Of a stretch of 64,000 bases of DNA, positions 13,686 to 23,624 are shown piece after piece (the first letter of the stretch is position 1; each line of letters begins with the position of its first letter). A program made the translations under genes and the position numbers. The stretch is taken from positions 4,364,175-4,428,174 of the forward strand of contig NC_134032.1 of assembly GCF_964204645.1 (NCBI RefSeq). Direction: 5' to 3'. Below the pieces are notes generated by a model. It was not told where the DNA came from and did no database searches. It saw only the letters and a list, made by a program, of their open reading frames with translations. This stretch comes from Tubulanus polymorphus. Its lineage: Eukaryota; Animalia; Nemertea.

Positions 13686-14444
13686 ATGGCGGAATTAAAA
13701 GAATACAGAATATTTGTTGATTCTAGAAAACTTACAAATTATAAATCACATAATTTACTAGTTCAATTAGATAGAGAATTTAAGAATTGTGTTGATTTAA
13801 AATTAGTAAATATAAGTTTATGTAATTCTTTTTACAATATATCGAATAAAACTATTGAACATAATACTTTTTTAATTCATATTAGAAATATAAATAAATG
13901 GTTTCATCTATTTCTAAGACCAGGATTATATAATTTAGAAACATTAGCTCAAGAAATTAATCGTAGAGCACGGTTGAAAATTAGAAAAGATGATAAATTT
14001 TTAATAAGATTTATAAAAAGTGATAGCTCAAATAGAATTAAAATAAAGGTATTTGATGAAAGTCAACATGCATTTATGGTAAAAAAACCTATAGCTAAAT
14101 TGCTAGGAATTGAACCAGATGTTGTTACAGTAAACGTAGAAGGTATTTCAAATATAATACCTTTTACACATTTTTATATTTATTGCAATTTAATTGACCC
14201 TACAAAAACATTTGAAGCAACTAAAGATACAATTTGTAGTTCTAGTATACTAAATATTTTACCGCTAAAAAATGTTAAACAATTTGGAACTCAAATAAAT
14301 TATAATTTAACAGAATGTGATTTTAAACCTTGCATTCCTAAATTAAATAATTTTAAATTAGAAATAAGAAATCATAATGGATATTTAATTGATTTGAATA
14401 ACTTTCCTGTGATATATGAATTAGTTATAAGATGTAGAGAGTAA
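13686..14444 (+). CDS. Minor capsid (penton) protein, single jelly roll
   Basis: Size and motifs FYIYCNLI, ILNILPL, LEIRNHNGYLIDLN..PVIYEL resemble Polinton pentons. Confidence 0.8.
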   Translation: MAELKEYRIFVDSRKLTNYKSHNLLVQLDREFKNCVDLKLVNISLCNSFYNISNKTIEHNTFLIHIRNINKWFHLFLRPGLYNLETLAQEINRRARLKIRKDDKFLIRFIKSDSSNRIKIKVFDESQHAFMVKKPIAKLLGIEPDVVTVNVEGISNIIPFTHFYIYCNLIDPTKTFEATKDTICSSSILNILPLKNVKQFGTQINYNLTECDFKPCIPKLNNFKLEIRNHNGYLIDLNNFPVIYELVIRCRE

Positions 14445-14460
14445 TTTTTCACCTATATAA

Positions 14461-14808
14461 ATGAATATAACTGTTGGACCGAGTATATGTTTTGGATTTG
14501 ATTTTAAACGTGAGAAAGAAATGAAATTTAACATTAATGATGTAATTACACATATCAAAAATATTGCATTTTCTAATGGAACAACATTTGAGTATAAAAA
14601 AACAATTGATAAAGAAACTTTTAATGTAGAAAAGATTACTGAGTCTTTAAGATTTTATGAATTAGATGAAGATTTTATAATCGATGATATTAAAAACATA
14701 TTATCCAAAATATATGATAATCATAAAACTAGTAATGAAATTAATGTTGAATTAATCATAAATAAGTTAACTAAATATTTTGATGATAGTAATTTTTTTG
14801 ATAAATAA
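14461..14808 (+). CDS. Hypothetical protein, 115 aa
   Basis: Orthologue in E2 (48387-48728); TAAATG start. Confidence 0.75.
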   Translation: MNITVGPSICFGFDFKREKEMKFNINDVITHIKNIAFSNGTTFEYKKTIDKETFNVEKITESLRFYELDEDFIIDDIKNILSKIYDNHKTSNEINVELIINKLTKYFDDSNFFDK

Positions 14809-15030
14809 ATGAGTGATAATAAGTGGATAATAACTGGATTATATAATGGCGCATTACTATCAGTTGGAACGGTTGGTTATTCAATGGTATTAAAAAAAGT
14901 ATTCAAAATGGGAAGTGTTAATGTTGATAGATTTGATATAAATGATATTTTAAAGTTAACATTAGCAGTTACTTTATCTAATTTAACTATCGATTATTTG
15001 GAAAAACAAAAATATATTCCTCCCATATAA
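14809..15030 (+). CDS. Small hydrophobic/amphipathic protein, 73 aa
   Basis: Identical protein in E2; the upstream stop and this start form TAAATG. Confidence 0.8.
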   Translation: MSDNKWIITGLYNGALLSVGTVGYSMVLKKVFKMGSVNVDRFDINDILKLTLAVTLSNLTIDYLEKQKYIPPI

Positions 15031-15055
15031 ATGCATAATTTTTTTTGCTAAATAA

Positions 15056-15478
15056 ATGGCTTCTGCAATTATAACTATTATAGGATCGGCAATTGTTAAC
15101 GCTTTAGCATTTACTGGTGGTGGTTATTTATTTAAACATATTGATAAAAATAGTTCATTAGGAGAACAAAGAAGACATAACTTAGCGTTAGAGAAATACA
15201 ATAAAGCTGCAGAAGAATATAGAGAAAAGAGGCAAAACTATATGGATTACATCAATAAAGAATTATATGATCAGAAGATTTCACATAGAGATTTTCAATC
15301 AGTTGATGATGCAATGAGTTTATATAACGCAGTAACAAATAAAGAAAAATTACATCTATACAAACCTAAATTATCAGATTATTATACCCCAAGTAAAGAA
15401 CAACAGAAATATGAAATAATTTGGATTTTAGGTGGAACAGTTATTGTTATATTTGTTGCTTATAAGTTTACTAATTAG
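15056..15478 (+). CDS. 140-aa protein with hydrophobic N-terminus, coiled coil and C-terminal TM helix
   Basis: Identical protein in E2 despite synonymous changes. Confidence 0.85.
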   Translation: MASAIITIIGSAIVNALAFTGGGYLFKHIDKNSSLGEQRRHNLALEKYNKAAEEYREKRQNYMDYINKELYDQKISHRDFQSVDDAMSLYNAVTNKEKLHLYKPKLSDYYTPSKEQQKYEIIWILGGTVIVIFVAYKFTN

Positions 15479-15497
15479 TAATTTTTATTCTAAATAA

Positions 15498-15932
15498 ATG
15501 GAAGATAAAGTTGATAGTATTGATATTATTCCTCATGATATAAATAAAACTAAATTAAAAACATATTTAGAAAAACAAATATTAGAATTTGAAAGTGACT
15601 TAAAGATAAAAAAGAAAAAATATTTAAAAAGTAAAATTATATATTATCTTATTATAAGTGGTTCGGTTACAATTAGTTCTGTAATAACATTTTTAGCAAT
15701 ATTCAGTCCATTAACACCTTTAGCTATATCAATTGGTGTATTAGGATTAAGTTCAAGTGTTTTAACTGGTATAAGTTCAAAATTAAATATAAAAAGTAAT
15801 AAAGAAAAAATTAAAACTAATATAAAAGAAATTAATAAATTAAAGAATACACTAGATTATATAATAAGTTTAAATGGCCATATAACAGCTGAAGAACAAG
15901 ATAAATTATTAAAAGAATTAATAAATTATTAA
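15498..15932 (+). CDS. 144-aa two-TM-helix protein
   Basis: Central hydrophobic hairpin IIYYLII...LTGIS; conserved in E2. Confidence 0.85.
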   Translation: MEDKVDSIDIIPHDINKTKLKTYLEKQILEFESDLKIKKKKYLKSKIIYYLIISGSVTISSVITFLAIFSPLTPLAISIGVLGLSSSVLTGISSKLNIKSNKEKIKTNIKEINKLKNTLDYIISLNGHITAEEQDKLLKELINY

Positions 15933-15948
15933 TTTTTTAGTTATATAA

Positions 15949-17337
15949 ATGGCAGATAGTTTTCCAAAAGCTTTCCAATATAATAAATCAATTAAATATA
16001 ATATTCCAGCAATAGATATTAATAAAGATATTACATATAGAAATGAAGTTTTAGATTCATTAACTAATTTAGAAATTTATGTTACTGAAACTTATAATTT
16101 TAATGCAAAGATGGAAAATATATTTCATGTATATTTAATTAATTTTAAAAAATTGAAAGATGAAAAACAATGGTTATTAAAATCTAATATGAAGTATTGG
16201 CAGAATCAATTAAATTTTGCTGTTTATTGTGCAACAACAGGATGTGGAATTAGTTGGAATGATCATTTGAATAATTCTAAATATAAATTAATTCAAAGTT
16301 TATTTAGATTTCATACATACTTTCAAATCAGAATAATATTAAATGAATTAGAGTGCGCTTTACCAGGATCTAGGTATTTCAAAGAATTAGATAATAATAT
16401 TAATTTATCTAAGTTTTATAAAATTTGCAATGAATTTAATATAGATATAAATAATTCTGATTTTAGAACAAAAATTGGAACAATAAGATCACTTCCATGC
16501 CCTAGAAAGATTGCAGAATATTGTGCACTTCCCATACCATCTAATAGTTTTTATAATATCTATAATAATAAATTAGGTTATGGTAAAATAGAAACAAAGG
16601 ATTTAGAAACATTAAATTTCAATAAATTACCAAAATTTTATGATAATTTAAAACAAGAAAACAATAATGGTTGGGTATATTTTATTTTAGAAAATAGTGA
16701 AGGTTTTACTAAATCAGGTATAGAAAGAATAAATCAATCTATTAGAACTTATTTAATTTGTATTTTAGGTGCGCAAGTTGAAACAAGATCACCGATAATT
16801 GGAAATTTGAATACTTCATTCGATGCGCAGAAACAGTTTAAAGTTTTATTTGAAGATTCAATTCATAATGATAAAAATAGATCGATTCCAGAAAACATTA
16901 TAAGATATCAAAATTATTTAGATAAATCTCATGTAAGACTTAATTATTGTATAGGCCCTAATCTATTAATTATTTCTAATGATTTAGTATTAAAGATGGG
17001 AAATATAATTGGTTATAATAATCTAATTAAAACTGCGACAATAAATAATTCATTTGGATTAAATGATATAAATAAAAAGATTATTACTGCTCCAAAATTA
17101 ATGGAAGGTGAAAAAAATAAAAAACATATTCAATCAACTGAAACTAAAACTAAGAATATTAAATTGGATAATGATTCTAAAATAAAAGATTACAATACAT
17201 CAGAAAATAATAGAACTGATATTATTCAACATGATATAATTAAACTAAATGATGATAATGAATCCCATGAAAATACTAAATTAGCTATAACTTGTATAGG
17301 AATTGTAATCGGAGGAATATTATATTTTAAATTTTAA
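15949..17337 (+). CDS. 462-aa protein with C-terminal membrane anchor, function unknown
   Basis: Long ORF conserved in E2; ends LAITCIGIVIGGILYFKF. Confidence 0.88.
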   Translation: MADSFPKAFQYNKSIKYNIPAIDINKDITYRNEVLDSLTNLEIYVTETYNFNAKMENIFHVYLINFKKLKDEKQWLLKSNMKYWQNQLNFAVYCATTGCGISWNDHLNNSKYKLIQSLFRFHTYFQIRIILNELECALPGSRYFKELDNNINLSKFYKICNEFNIDINNSDFRTKIGTIRSLPCPRKIAEYCALPIPSNSFYNIYNNKLGYGKIETKDLETLNFNKLPKFYDNLKQENNNGWVYFILENSEGFTKSGIERINQSIRTYLICILGAQVETRSPIIGNLNTSFDAQKQFKVLFEDSIHNDKNRSIPENIIRYQNYLDKSHVRLNYCIGPNLLIISNDLVLKMGNIIGYNNLIKTATINNSFGLNDINKKIITAPKLMEGEKNKKHIQSTETKTKNIKLDNDSKIKDYNTSENNRTDIIQHDIIKLNDDNESHENTKLAITCIGIVIGGILYFKF

Positions 17338-17353
17338 TTTTTTTATTATGTAA

Positions 17354-19087
17354 ATGGATGTAGAAGGTGGAGAAGATTATGAAATGGGAGAAATGGGAAA
17401 TAATAATGAAGGATATATTGATGATGATTATAATGATGCAGGCGCTAATCTTAATGAAACTAATATTGATAATGATGATGAATCAGCATATAATACTAAT
17501 TTAGGTGAAGATGATGATTATGATGATGATGATGATGATGATCCCGAATTACGTGAAAAATTAAATAAATATTTAAAAGCTCCTGAAATTGGTAGAATTT
17601 CAACTAGAAGAGAAAGAAAAGAATTTATGGAACTATTAGTAAAACAACAAGAAAAATATCCTGATGAACCTATGGAATTATATAAAATGAAATCTAGAGT
17701 AACAGATACAATTGTTAACGAATTACTACCAATAGCTGTAATACATGAAATTGATACAGAAGGTGTTGTAGAACAAATTTTTAAAGATGACCCATATTTC
17801 ACAAATAATTTAGAATTTAAAAATGATTCATGGTATTATAATGTTAATTTAAATAACAAAATTGTATCAATTCAATTATCTAAAATGGGTCAAGAAAATA
17901 TTTATGAACCTGAAATGCGAGCAACATCTACAATTGAAGGTTCAAAAGGTGGTAGAGAATTTCTCAGAATTATATGGAATGCACTCGATAGAATAAATAA
18001 AGAAGAACCAATTCCTAATATTGATATAAACAAATATTCACCATTTAAAAATCCAAATCCAAATCCTACTGATTTTGATCCAGAAATGGAAGAGAATAGA
18101 AATCGATTAGATAGATTGAGATCTTCAACACCCGAAACATCGAGAAGAGACACTCAACAAATTGATAATTATTCAAGTAAATTACAATTAGAAAAACAAA
18201 TTGATAGATTAAGAGATTCAGAAGAACTGATGAATAGTATATCAGATACATCTGGTTCTGAAACTGGAATAAATCGACTGCAATATTTACTAGAAAAAGG
18301 ATTTCTTAATTTAACTGATGAAGAATTAGAAGCATTTCCTAAACAAATACGTAGAGAAATTAAAGGTATACAAGTATCAGCTGATGAAATTGCTAATATT
18401 AAGATGAGATTTTCTAAAATAACCATATTAGAAAAAGAATTAGTTAATGTAGATGAAGAATTAAAACAATTAGAATTAAATAGAGATCTTAATGTAATTT
18501 ATGAAGCTGATTATGAAAGCAGAAAGTTAGCTTTAGTAAAAGAAATAGATGATTTAGAATATAACATAAAATTACAAAAAGAAGAAAGAGATATATTATT
18601 AAAATCATATGATCTTAATCATATTAAAAAATTAAAAGTTATTTTTAAAGATTTGTTGATAAAACCAGATTCTGAAATATCATTAAAAGACAGAATAAGA
18701 TTATTATTTAAGTTAGAAGGTATAACAATTCTTTCAATTGTAACAGCTGTAACTATGTTATTTACAACAATTGGTTTAGCAATATCAAATGCTTTAAAAT
18801 CTACTCCTACTCCCACTCCAAATAAACCAGATAAACCTCCAGGCAATAATTCTATACAAGATAAAGTTAAGGATGGTTTAAAAAAATTAGCAAAATATTT
18901 ATGGGAACTATCAAAGAAATCTGCTGCAGCTTTACCAGGAGTTATTGCTTCAATTGTTGGTTTTATATTGAAATCTGCAGGAAACATTATTAACTTTGCT
19001 GCTGAACATATTATTTTATTTTTAATTACAGTTGTAAGTGCTATTATTTTTGGTTTAGTAAATATGATATCAAAAAATATCAAGTAA
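17354..19087 (+). CDS. 577-aa acidic/coiled-coil protein with C-terminal hydrophobic helices and variable middle
   Basis: N- and C-termini conserved with E2 44384-45841; middle not alignable. Confidence 0.88.
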   Translation: MDVEGGEDYEMGEMGNNNEGYIDDDYNDAGANLNETNIDNDDESAYNTNLGEDDDYDDDDDDDPELREKLNKYLKAPEIGRISTRRERKEFMELLVKQQEKYPDEPMELYKMKSRVTDTIVNELLPIAVIHEIDTEGVVEQIFKDDPYFTNNLEFKNDSWYYNVNLNNKIVSIQLSKMGQENIYEPEMRATSTIEGSKGGREFLRIIWNALDRINKEEPIPNIDINKYSPFKNPNPNPTDFDPEMEENRNRLDRLRSSTPETSRRDTQQIDNYSSKLQLEKQIDRLRDSEELMNSISDTSGSETGINRLQYLLEKGFLNLTDEELEAFPKQIRREIKGIQVSADEIANIKMRFSKITILEKELVNVDEELKQLELNRDLNVIYEADYESRKLALVKEIDDLEYNIKLQKEERDILLKSYDLNHIKKLKVIFKDLLIKPDSEISLKDRIRLLFKLEGITILSIVTAVTMLFTTIGLAISNALKSTPTPTPNKPDKPPGNNSIQDKVKDGLKKLAKYLWELSKKSAAALPGVIASIVGFILKSAGNIINFAAEHIILFLITVVSAIIFGLVNMISKNIK

Positions 19088-19132
19088 ACCATGATATCAA
19101 AAAATATCAAGTAAACCATGATATCAAAAAAT
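19070..19132. repeat. 27-bp tandem duplication (~2.5 units) at the end of the 577-aa gene
   Basis: ATGATATCAAAAAATATCAAGTAAACC repeated; single copy in E2. Confidence 0.8.
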
Positions 19133-19160
19133 AAATAATTAATTTTTTTTGGTTAAATAA

Positions 19161-20408
19161 ATGAGTGGGAGTTATATAAGTCCTTCGAAGAATCATAGAA
19201 TATCTAATGCTATTAAAGCAGAAAGATCACATCATATAATTACTCATAACTTTTCAAATATTAATCCCGATGAAACTTTATATGTGAGGATTCCTCGATT
19301 AACACAAAATACTTTTTATGTTCCAAAGAGTATTTATTTATCAGCCGATATAAAAGTATCTGGTAATAATAATAATTATGTTGTTGATAATGTTGGAAGA
19401 TATTTGATTAAAAAGTTAACAATAAAGATTGGTCCAGAAACAGTTTTCTCATTAGATGATTATAATTTATTTATGCATTATAAAGATTTATGGTTAACTA
19501 AAGAAAATAGAAATAATATGATATTTCAAGGAATTCAATCAGAAAACCAAAATAAATTAAGATCAGAAGCTTATAGCGCAATATTAACTAATGATGTAGA
19601 TAAATTGATAAAAAGTATATATGGAAGCAAATATAAAATTCCATTAGACTTTGAATTGATAAATAATAATGCACCTTTATATAAATACGCAATTCAAGAA
19701 GACGTTATATTTGAGATAACATTTGCTCCTGTAAATGAAATTGTATTATCTAGCGTTGTTAAAGATATGGGTTATAAATTATCGAATATATGTTTAGAAT
19801 ATGATACAGTAACTGATGAAAATATTTCAAGTATAATTCAAACTCAATACAATCAAGGATTTTCATTATTATATGATTATATCGATAAATTTAAAACTGT
19901 AACTATTAATGCAAATGATGAAATAATTAATGAGAATATTAACTTTCCTAGAAGATCTATTAAAGGTATATTAATATTTTTTACCATTGGAACGTATACT
20001 AATGGCGCAATAAATGTTGATAATTATTATAATCCTGAAATAACAAAAGTAGAAATAACTATCGAAGGAATAGCGAATAAAATATTCTGTCAAGGAATGA
20101 GAATGATTGATCAATGGGTAGAAATTAAAAAACATTTTATGAATGAAAAAGTGAAATCATCTGAAGATTGTAATATTAATCAAATTGATTATTATACCGG
20201 TAATAAATATGCATTATGGTTAGATTTTAGAACAACTGAAGATAATTCATTACATGGTTCTGGAAAAAAACTACAGAACACTAAAGATGGAATACAATTA
20301 TTCATGACAAAGAATAAAGGAATCAAAAATTTTAAAATGCACATTTATATTATATCTGACGCGCAATTAAATATTGTAAATTCACAATTAGATAGTGTTA
20401 TGTATTAA
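19161..20408 (+). CDS. Major capsid protein (double jelly roll)
   Basis: 415 aa, beta-rich, N-terminal pattern NINPDETLYVRIP..FYVPKSIYLSADIKV, IKKLTIKIG; highly conserved with E2; only ORF fitting an MCP. Confidence 0.8.
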   Translation: MSGSYISPSKNHRISNAIKAERSHHIITHNFSNINPDETLYVRIPRLTQNTFYVPKSIYLSADIKVSGNNNNYVVDNVGRYLIKKLTIKIGPETVFSLDDYNLFMHYKDLWLTKENRNNMIFQGIQSENQNKLRSEAYSAILTNDVDKLIKSIYGSKYKIPLDFELINNNAPLYKYAIQEDVIFEITFAPVNEIVLSSVVKDMGYKLSNICLEYDTVTDENISSIIQTQYNQGFSLLYDYIDKFKTVTINANDEIINENINFPRRSIKGILIFFTIGTYTNGAINVDNYYNPEITKVEITIEGIANKIFCQGMRMIDQWVEIKKHFMNEKVKSSEDCNINQIDYYTGNKYALWLDFRTTEDNSLHGSGKKLQNTKDGIQLFMTKNKGIKNFKMHIYIISDAQLNIVNSQLDSVMY

Positions 20409-20440
20409 AATTTTAACTTTAATAAAAATATATATAATAA

Positions 20441-21343
20441 ATGGAAGGAGGTAAAGTATATAAACATATTCCATACATCGATACACATGAAAATAATGAT
20501 GGTTTATATTATGTAATACCTTGTAATATAGCTTTGATATTTGATCCTATTTTTAAAAATTATAAAACTAAACTGATAGAAATCGATAATAATAAAAGTG
20601 GTGTTGTTAATAATAGTATAATTGATAATAATGTAATACCTACTACACCTGTAATACCTACTACTACATCTGTAATACCTACTACTACATCTGTAATACC
20701 TACTACAGTAATACCTACTACATCTAATAATGTAATACCTTCTACATATAATAATGCAATAATATTAGATGTTAGTGAAAATAGAAATTATTGTGGTTAT
20801 TGTAATGGTGAATTTTCAAACGCTCCATCAAATTGGAATAAACATATGAATACAAAGGTACATATTACTAATGTTATAGAACGTGTTGGTTTAAGAGAAT
20901 TTATAGAACACCCATTTAGATATGTTACAAAATTTGTTTCAAATAAAAAAGTAAATGGTAAAGAATTATATGAAGATTTTTTATTAGCAACACCTAATAG
21001 AGATGAATTAGATTTAACCGATGCTAATGAAATATTAGGATCAAATATTGTAAATGAAATATTAGGAGCAAACACTAATAAAGATAATAATGATAATGAT
21101 GCCATAAAGCACCCACATGATGATATAGTTACAGATAAGCATATTGATAATAAAGATTCTATAAAACTTAAAGTAGAAAATAATAATAAATTTGATTGGA
21201 TGAATAAGTTTAAAAATGAAACAACTATTGATGATGCGGTAAAAAAGATGAAGAATGAGTATAAAAATAATGAAGAATTTGAAAAAGAAAATTCGGTAGA
21301 TAATTTGAGAAAATTGTTAGGATATAATAGTGAAAGTGATTAA
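20441..21343 (+). CDS. 300-aa protein with (VIPTTT)n repeats and a C2H2-like Zn finger
   Basis: CGYC...WNKHMNTKVH motif; minisatellite ~20632-20750; orthologue in E2. Confidence 0.85.
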   Translation: MEGGKVYKHIPYIDTHENNDGLYYVIPCNIALIFDPIFKNYKTKLIEIDNNKSGVVNNSIIDNNVIPTTPVIPTTTSVIPTTTSVIPTTVIPTTSNNVIPSTYNNAIILDVSENRNYCGYCNGEFSNAPSNWNKHMNTKVHITNVIERVGLREFIEHPFRYVTKFVSNKKVNGKELYEDFLLATPNRDELDLTDANEILGSNIVNEILGANTNKDNNDNDAIKHPHDDIVTDKHIDNKDSIKLKVENNNKFDWMNKFKNETTIDDAVKKMKNEYKNNEEFEKENSVDNLRKLLGYNSESD

Positions 21344-21431
21344 GATATTAATTATATTTAACTAAAATAATAATATTAGTTGAAAATTGTATAAAATAAT
21401 AGTAAATAAAAAAGGGGGTTTTAAGTATTTA

Positions 21432-21521
21432 AGGTATCTAATAGGGTATCAGGTATTAGGGTATCAGGTATTAGGGTATCTAATGGGGTATTAGGTATTA
21501 GGGTATCTAATACATAGGTAT
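21432..21521. repeat. AGGTAT/GGGTAT short-repeat array between the convergent gene blocks of E1
   Basis: About ten GGTAT cores; shorter array at the same position in E2 (42005-42079). Confidence 0.8.
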
Positions 21522-21529
21522 ACAAATAG

Positions 21530-22144
21530 TTATTTTATAAATTTATATTCATATGGAAATTGTAATCTCATAAGTAATTTGGAACCTTTATTATTTTTTA
21601 ATTTATTCATATATTCATCATGTAATTCAGTAGGTATAATTTGATTTTCTTCCAATGATTGTTGCATAGATTTTCTATCTTTGTTGTAGAATAAAACTAG
21701 AAATCTTATATTCTCTCTAAAATCTTTCACAATTGAATTATATTTCTGATTTAAAACCCAAGTTGTTATCCCAAAATGTCTACCAGAGAAAGCTAAATAA
21801 CATAACTCACTTTCTCTAACTTTTGAATCATGTAAATTTGCGCAATCATCGATAATAAGTAATGTATTTGATCCTTTATAAATATCTAATGCAATTTTTA
21901 TACAATTATCTAAATTATCTTTCACTGTTTTAGAATTTAATATAATAAACTTTTTATCTTTAAAAACTATATCTCTATTATACGTTTCATTCATTTCATA
22001 AGTAGGACAGAATAATATTATATTATCAAAATGATTTTTATAAATAGTTTCTAATAAATATAATATGAAGTGTGTTTTACCACAATTTGTAACTCCAGTA
22101 ACTAACATATTATGTGGTTCAAATATAAACAAATCTTTATTCAT
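21530..22144 (-). CDS. A32/FtsK-like genome-packaging ATPase
   Basis: Walker A GVTNCGKT, Walker B LLIIDD, SGRHFGITTWVLNQ motif. Confidence 0.95.
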   Translation of the reverse strand: MNKDLFIFEPHNMLVTGVTNCGKTHFILYLLETIYKNHFDNIILFCPTYEMNETYNRDIVFKDKKFIILNSKTVKDNLDNCIKIALDIYKGSNTLLIIDDCANLHDSKVRESELCYLAFSGRHFGITTWVLNQKYNSIVKDFRENIRFLVLFYNKDRKSMQQSLEENQIIPTELHDEYMNKLKNNKGSKLLMRLQFPYEYKFIK

Positions 22145-23222
22145 TCATTCTTTTAATTTTACTAGATAAAATCCATTCATTAAATTTATCATCATATCCT
22201 TTATATTTCACCAGAGAATATTTCTTACCGCGTAATGTTTTAGTTTTTAATACCTTTTCTATTTTGTATTCTATTTCATCTGGATTTGGTACTAATGATA
22301 ATTCTTGTTCATAAAAATAACCTAATATTTCTTCATCTTTTAAATCAAACAATTTATAAACAAATGGTTTAGTTAATATTATCTTTTTAATTTTAAATAT
22401 TTCTTCAGTAAAATTAGGGGTATAACCTTTATAAAATGTTTTTCGATATTTAGAAATTCTAACATGTTGTCCTATTTTAAATTTAGGTTCTCCAAAATCA
22501 TGTGTAACAAATGCTCCATATAAATTATTCCAAACTATTTCTGAATTTTCTTCTTTTCTAGCTTGTATAGGTTTCATATTTATAGAACTATGTTTAGAAT
22601 TATTATAACCTTTCACTAAATCATCTAACACATCGATATATTTGTATGTTTCATTAGCGGTGAAATATTTCCACATTCTAGTTTTCAATGTTTTATTAAA
22701 TCTTTCTATAACAGATGCTTTTTTATCTGAATGTGTTGAAAAATATTCTACATCGTTATCAGTTAATAGTTTTTTAAAATGTTTGTTATAAAATTCTTTA
22801 CCTTCATCAAATTGTATTTTATCTGGGATAGCTTCTTTAAATATTAATTTGAAAGAATTTGTAACTTCTATACCAGTTTTATATTTAATCGGGATACTCC
22901 ATGCGTATCTACTGAATATATCTATAACATTCAGTATCCAAAAATATCCTTTGTTATATTCTTCTAAGTTTTTCATATCAATTAAATCAGCTTGCCATTG
23001 TTGGTCAATATATGAAACCATAACTTTTCTTGTTAAATAAGTTTTATCCATTTTCTTGTGGATTTGATATGTTGGTTGATTTTGTAACCATGATTTTAAT
23101 TCACTATATTTTATATTGCTATTATCAGATTTAATTTTATTCCATAATTCTGAAACGTTAGAATATGATACTTCACTTTCTGGGTTGTAATATAACGCTC
23201 TTAAATATTGTTCTTTTTTCAT
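22137..23222 (-). CDS. Retroviral-type (RVE) integrase with C-terminal chromodomain
   Basis: WQADL, IQFDEGKEF, SVIERFNKTLK (DDE triad); YKIEKVL...LVKYKGY...NEW chromodomain. Confidence 0.96.
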   Translation of the reverse strand: MKKEQYLRALYYNPESEVSYSNVSELWNKIKSDNSNIKYSELKSWLQNQPTYQIHKKMDKTYLTRKVMVSYIDQQWQADLIDMKNLEEYNKGYFWILNVIDIFSRYAWSIPIKYKTGIEVTNSFKLIFKEAIPDKIQFDEGKEFYNKHFKKLLTDNDVEYFSTHSDKKASVIERFNKTLKTRMWKYFTANETYKYIDVLDDLVKGYNNSKHSSINMKPIQARKEENSEIVWNNLYGAFVTHDFGEPKFKIGQHVRISKYRKTFYKGYTPNFTEEIFKIKKIILTKPFVYKLFDLKDEEILGYFYEQELSLVPNPDEIEYKIEKVLKTKTLRGKKYSLVKYKGYDDKFNEWILSSKIKRMNE

Positions 23223-23228
23223 CTTATT

Positions 23229-23624
23229 TTAATCCATTAATAATAATCTTGGTTTATTTTCAATGACTTTATCATTTGACTTATTTTCTGGTATGATAGG
23301 TTTATTGTCATTGGAATCATCTTTATCGTAAGATTTGAATTTTGATTTATATATTACACCGGATAATATAATAACTGTTACTAATCCAATTGTAATATAT
23401 AATTTATAATTACTTCCAGCATTAGAAGAATTAGATGGATTATTATTTGAATCAATACCACCGTGTGGGTGCTGTACGACACCATCAGATAATTTCTGTG
23501 ATTCATTTATATCAGTTAATTTCTTTTTCTTAGCTTTTTTTAATTCTGATGATCTTTTACCTAATTCTCTTGCCCATTTAATTTGTTTCTCGGATCTAGC
23601 CTTTTTATTAACTCCATCACTCAT
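23229..23624 (-). CDS. 131-aa protein, basic N-terminus and one TM helix
   Basis: LYITIGLVTVIILSGVIY; conserved in E2; TAAATG start. Confidence 0.85.
   Translation of the reverse strand: MSDGVNKKARSEKQIKWARELGKRSSELKKAKKKKLTDINESQKLSDGVVQHPHGGIDSNNNPSNSSNAGSNYKLYITIGLVTVIILSGVIYKSKFKSYDKDDSNDNKPIIPENKSNDKVIENKPRLLLMD

Noticed and set aside
17518-19119. Antisense ORFs inside Polinton genes (also 20797-21105, 42403-42714, 44379-45155)
   Set aside because: Likely shadows of codon bias on the coding strand; no TAAATG starts or recognisable motifs.
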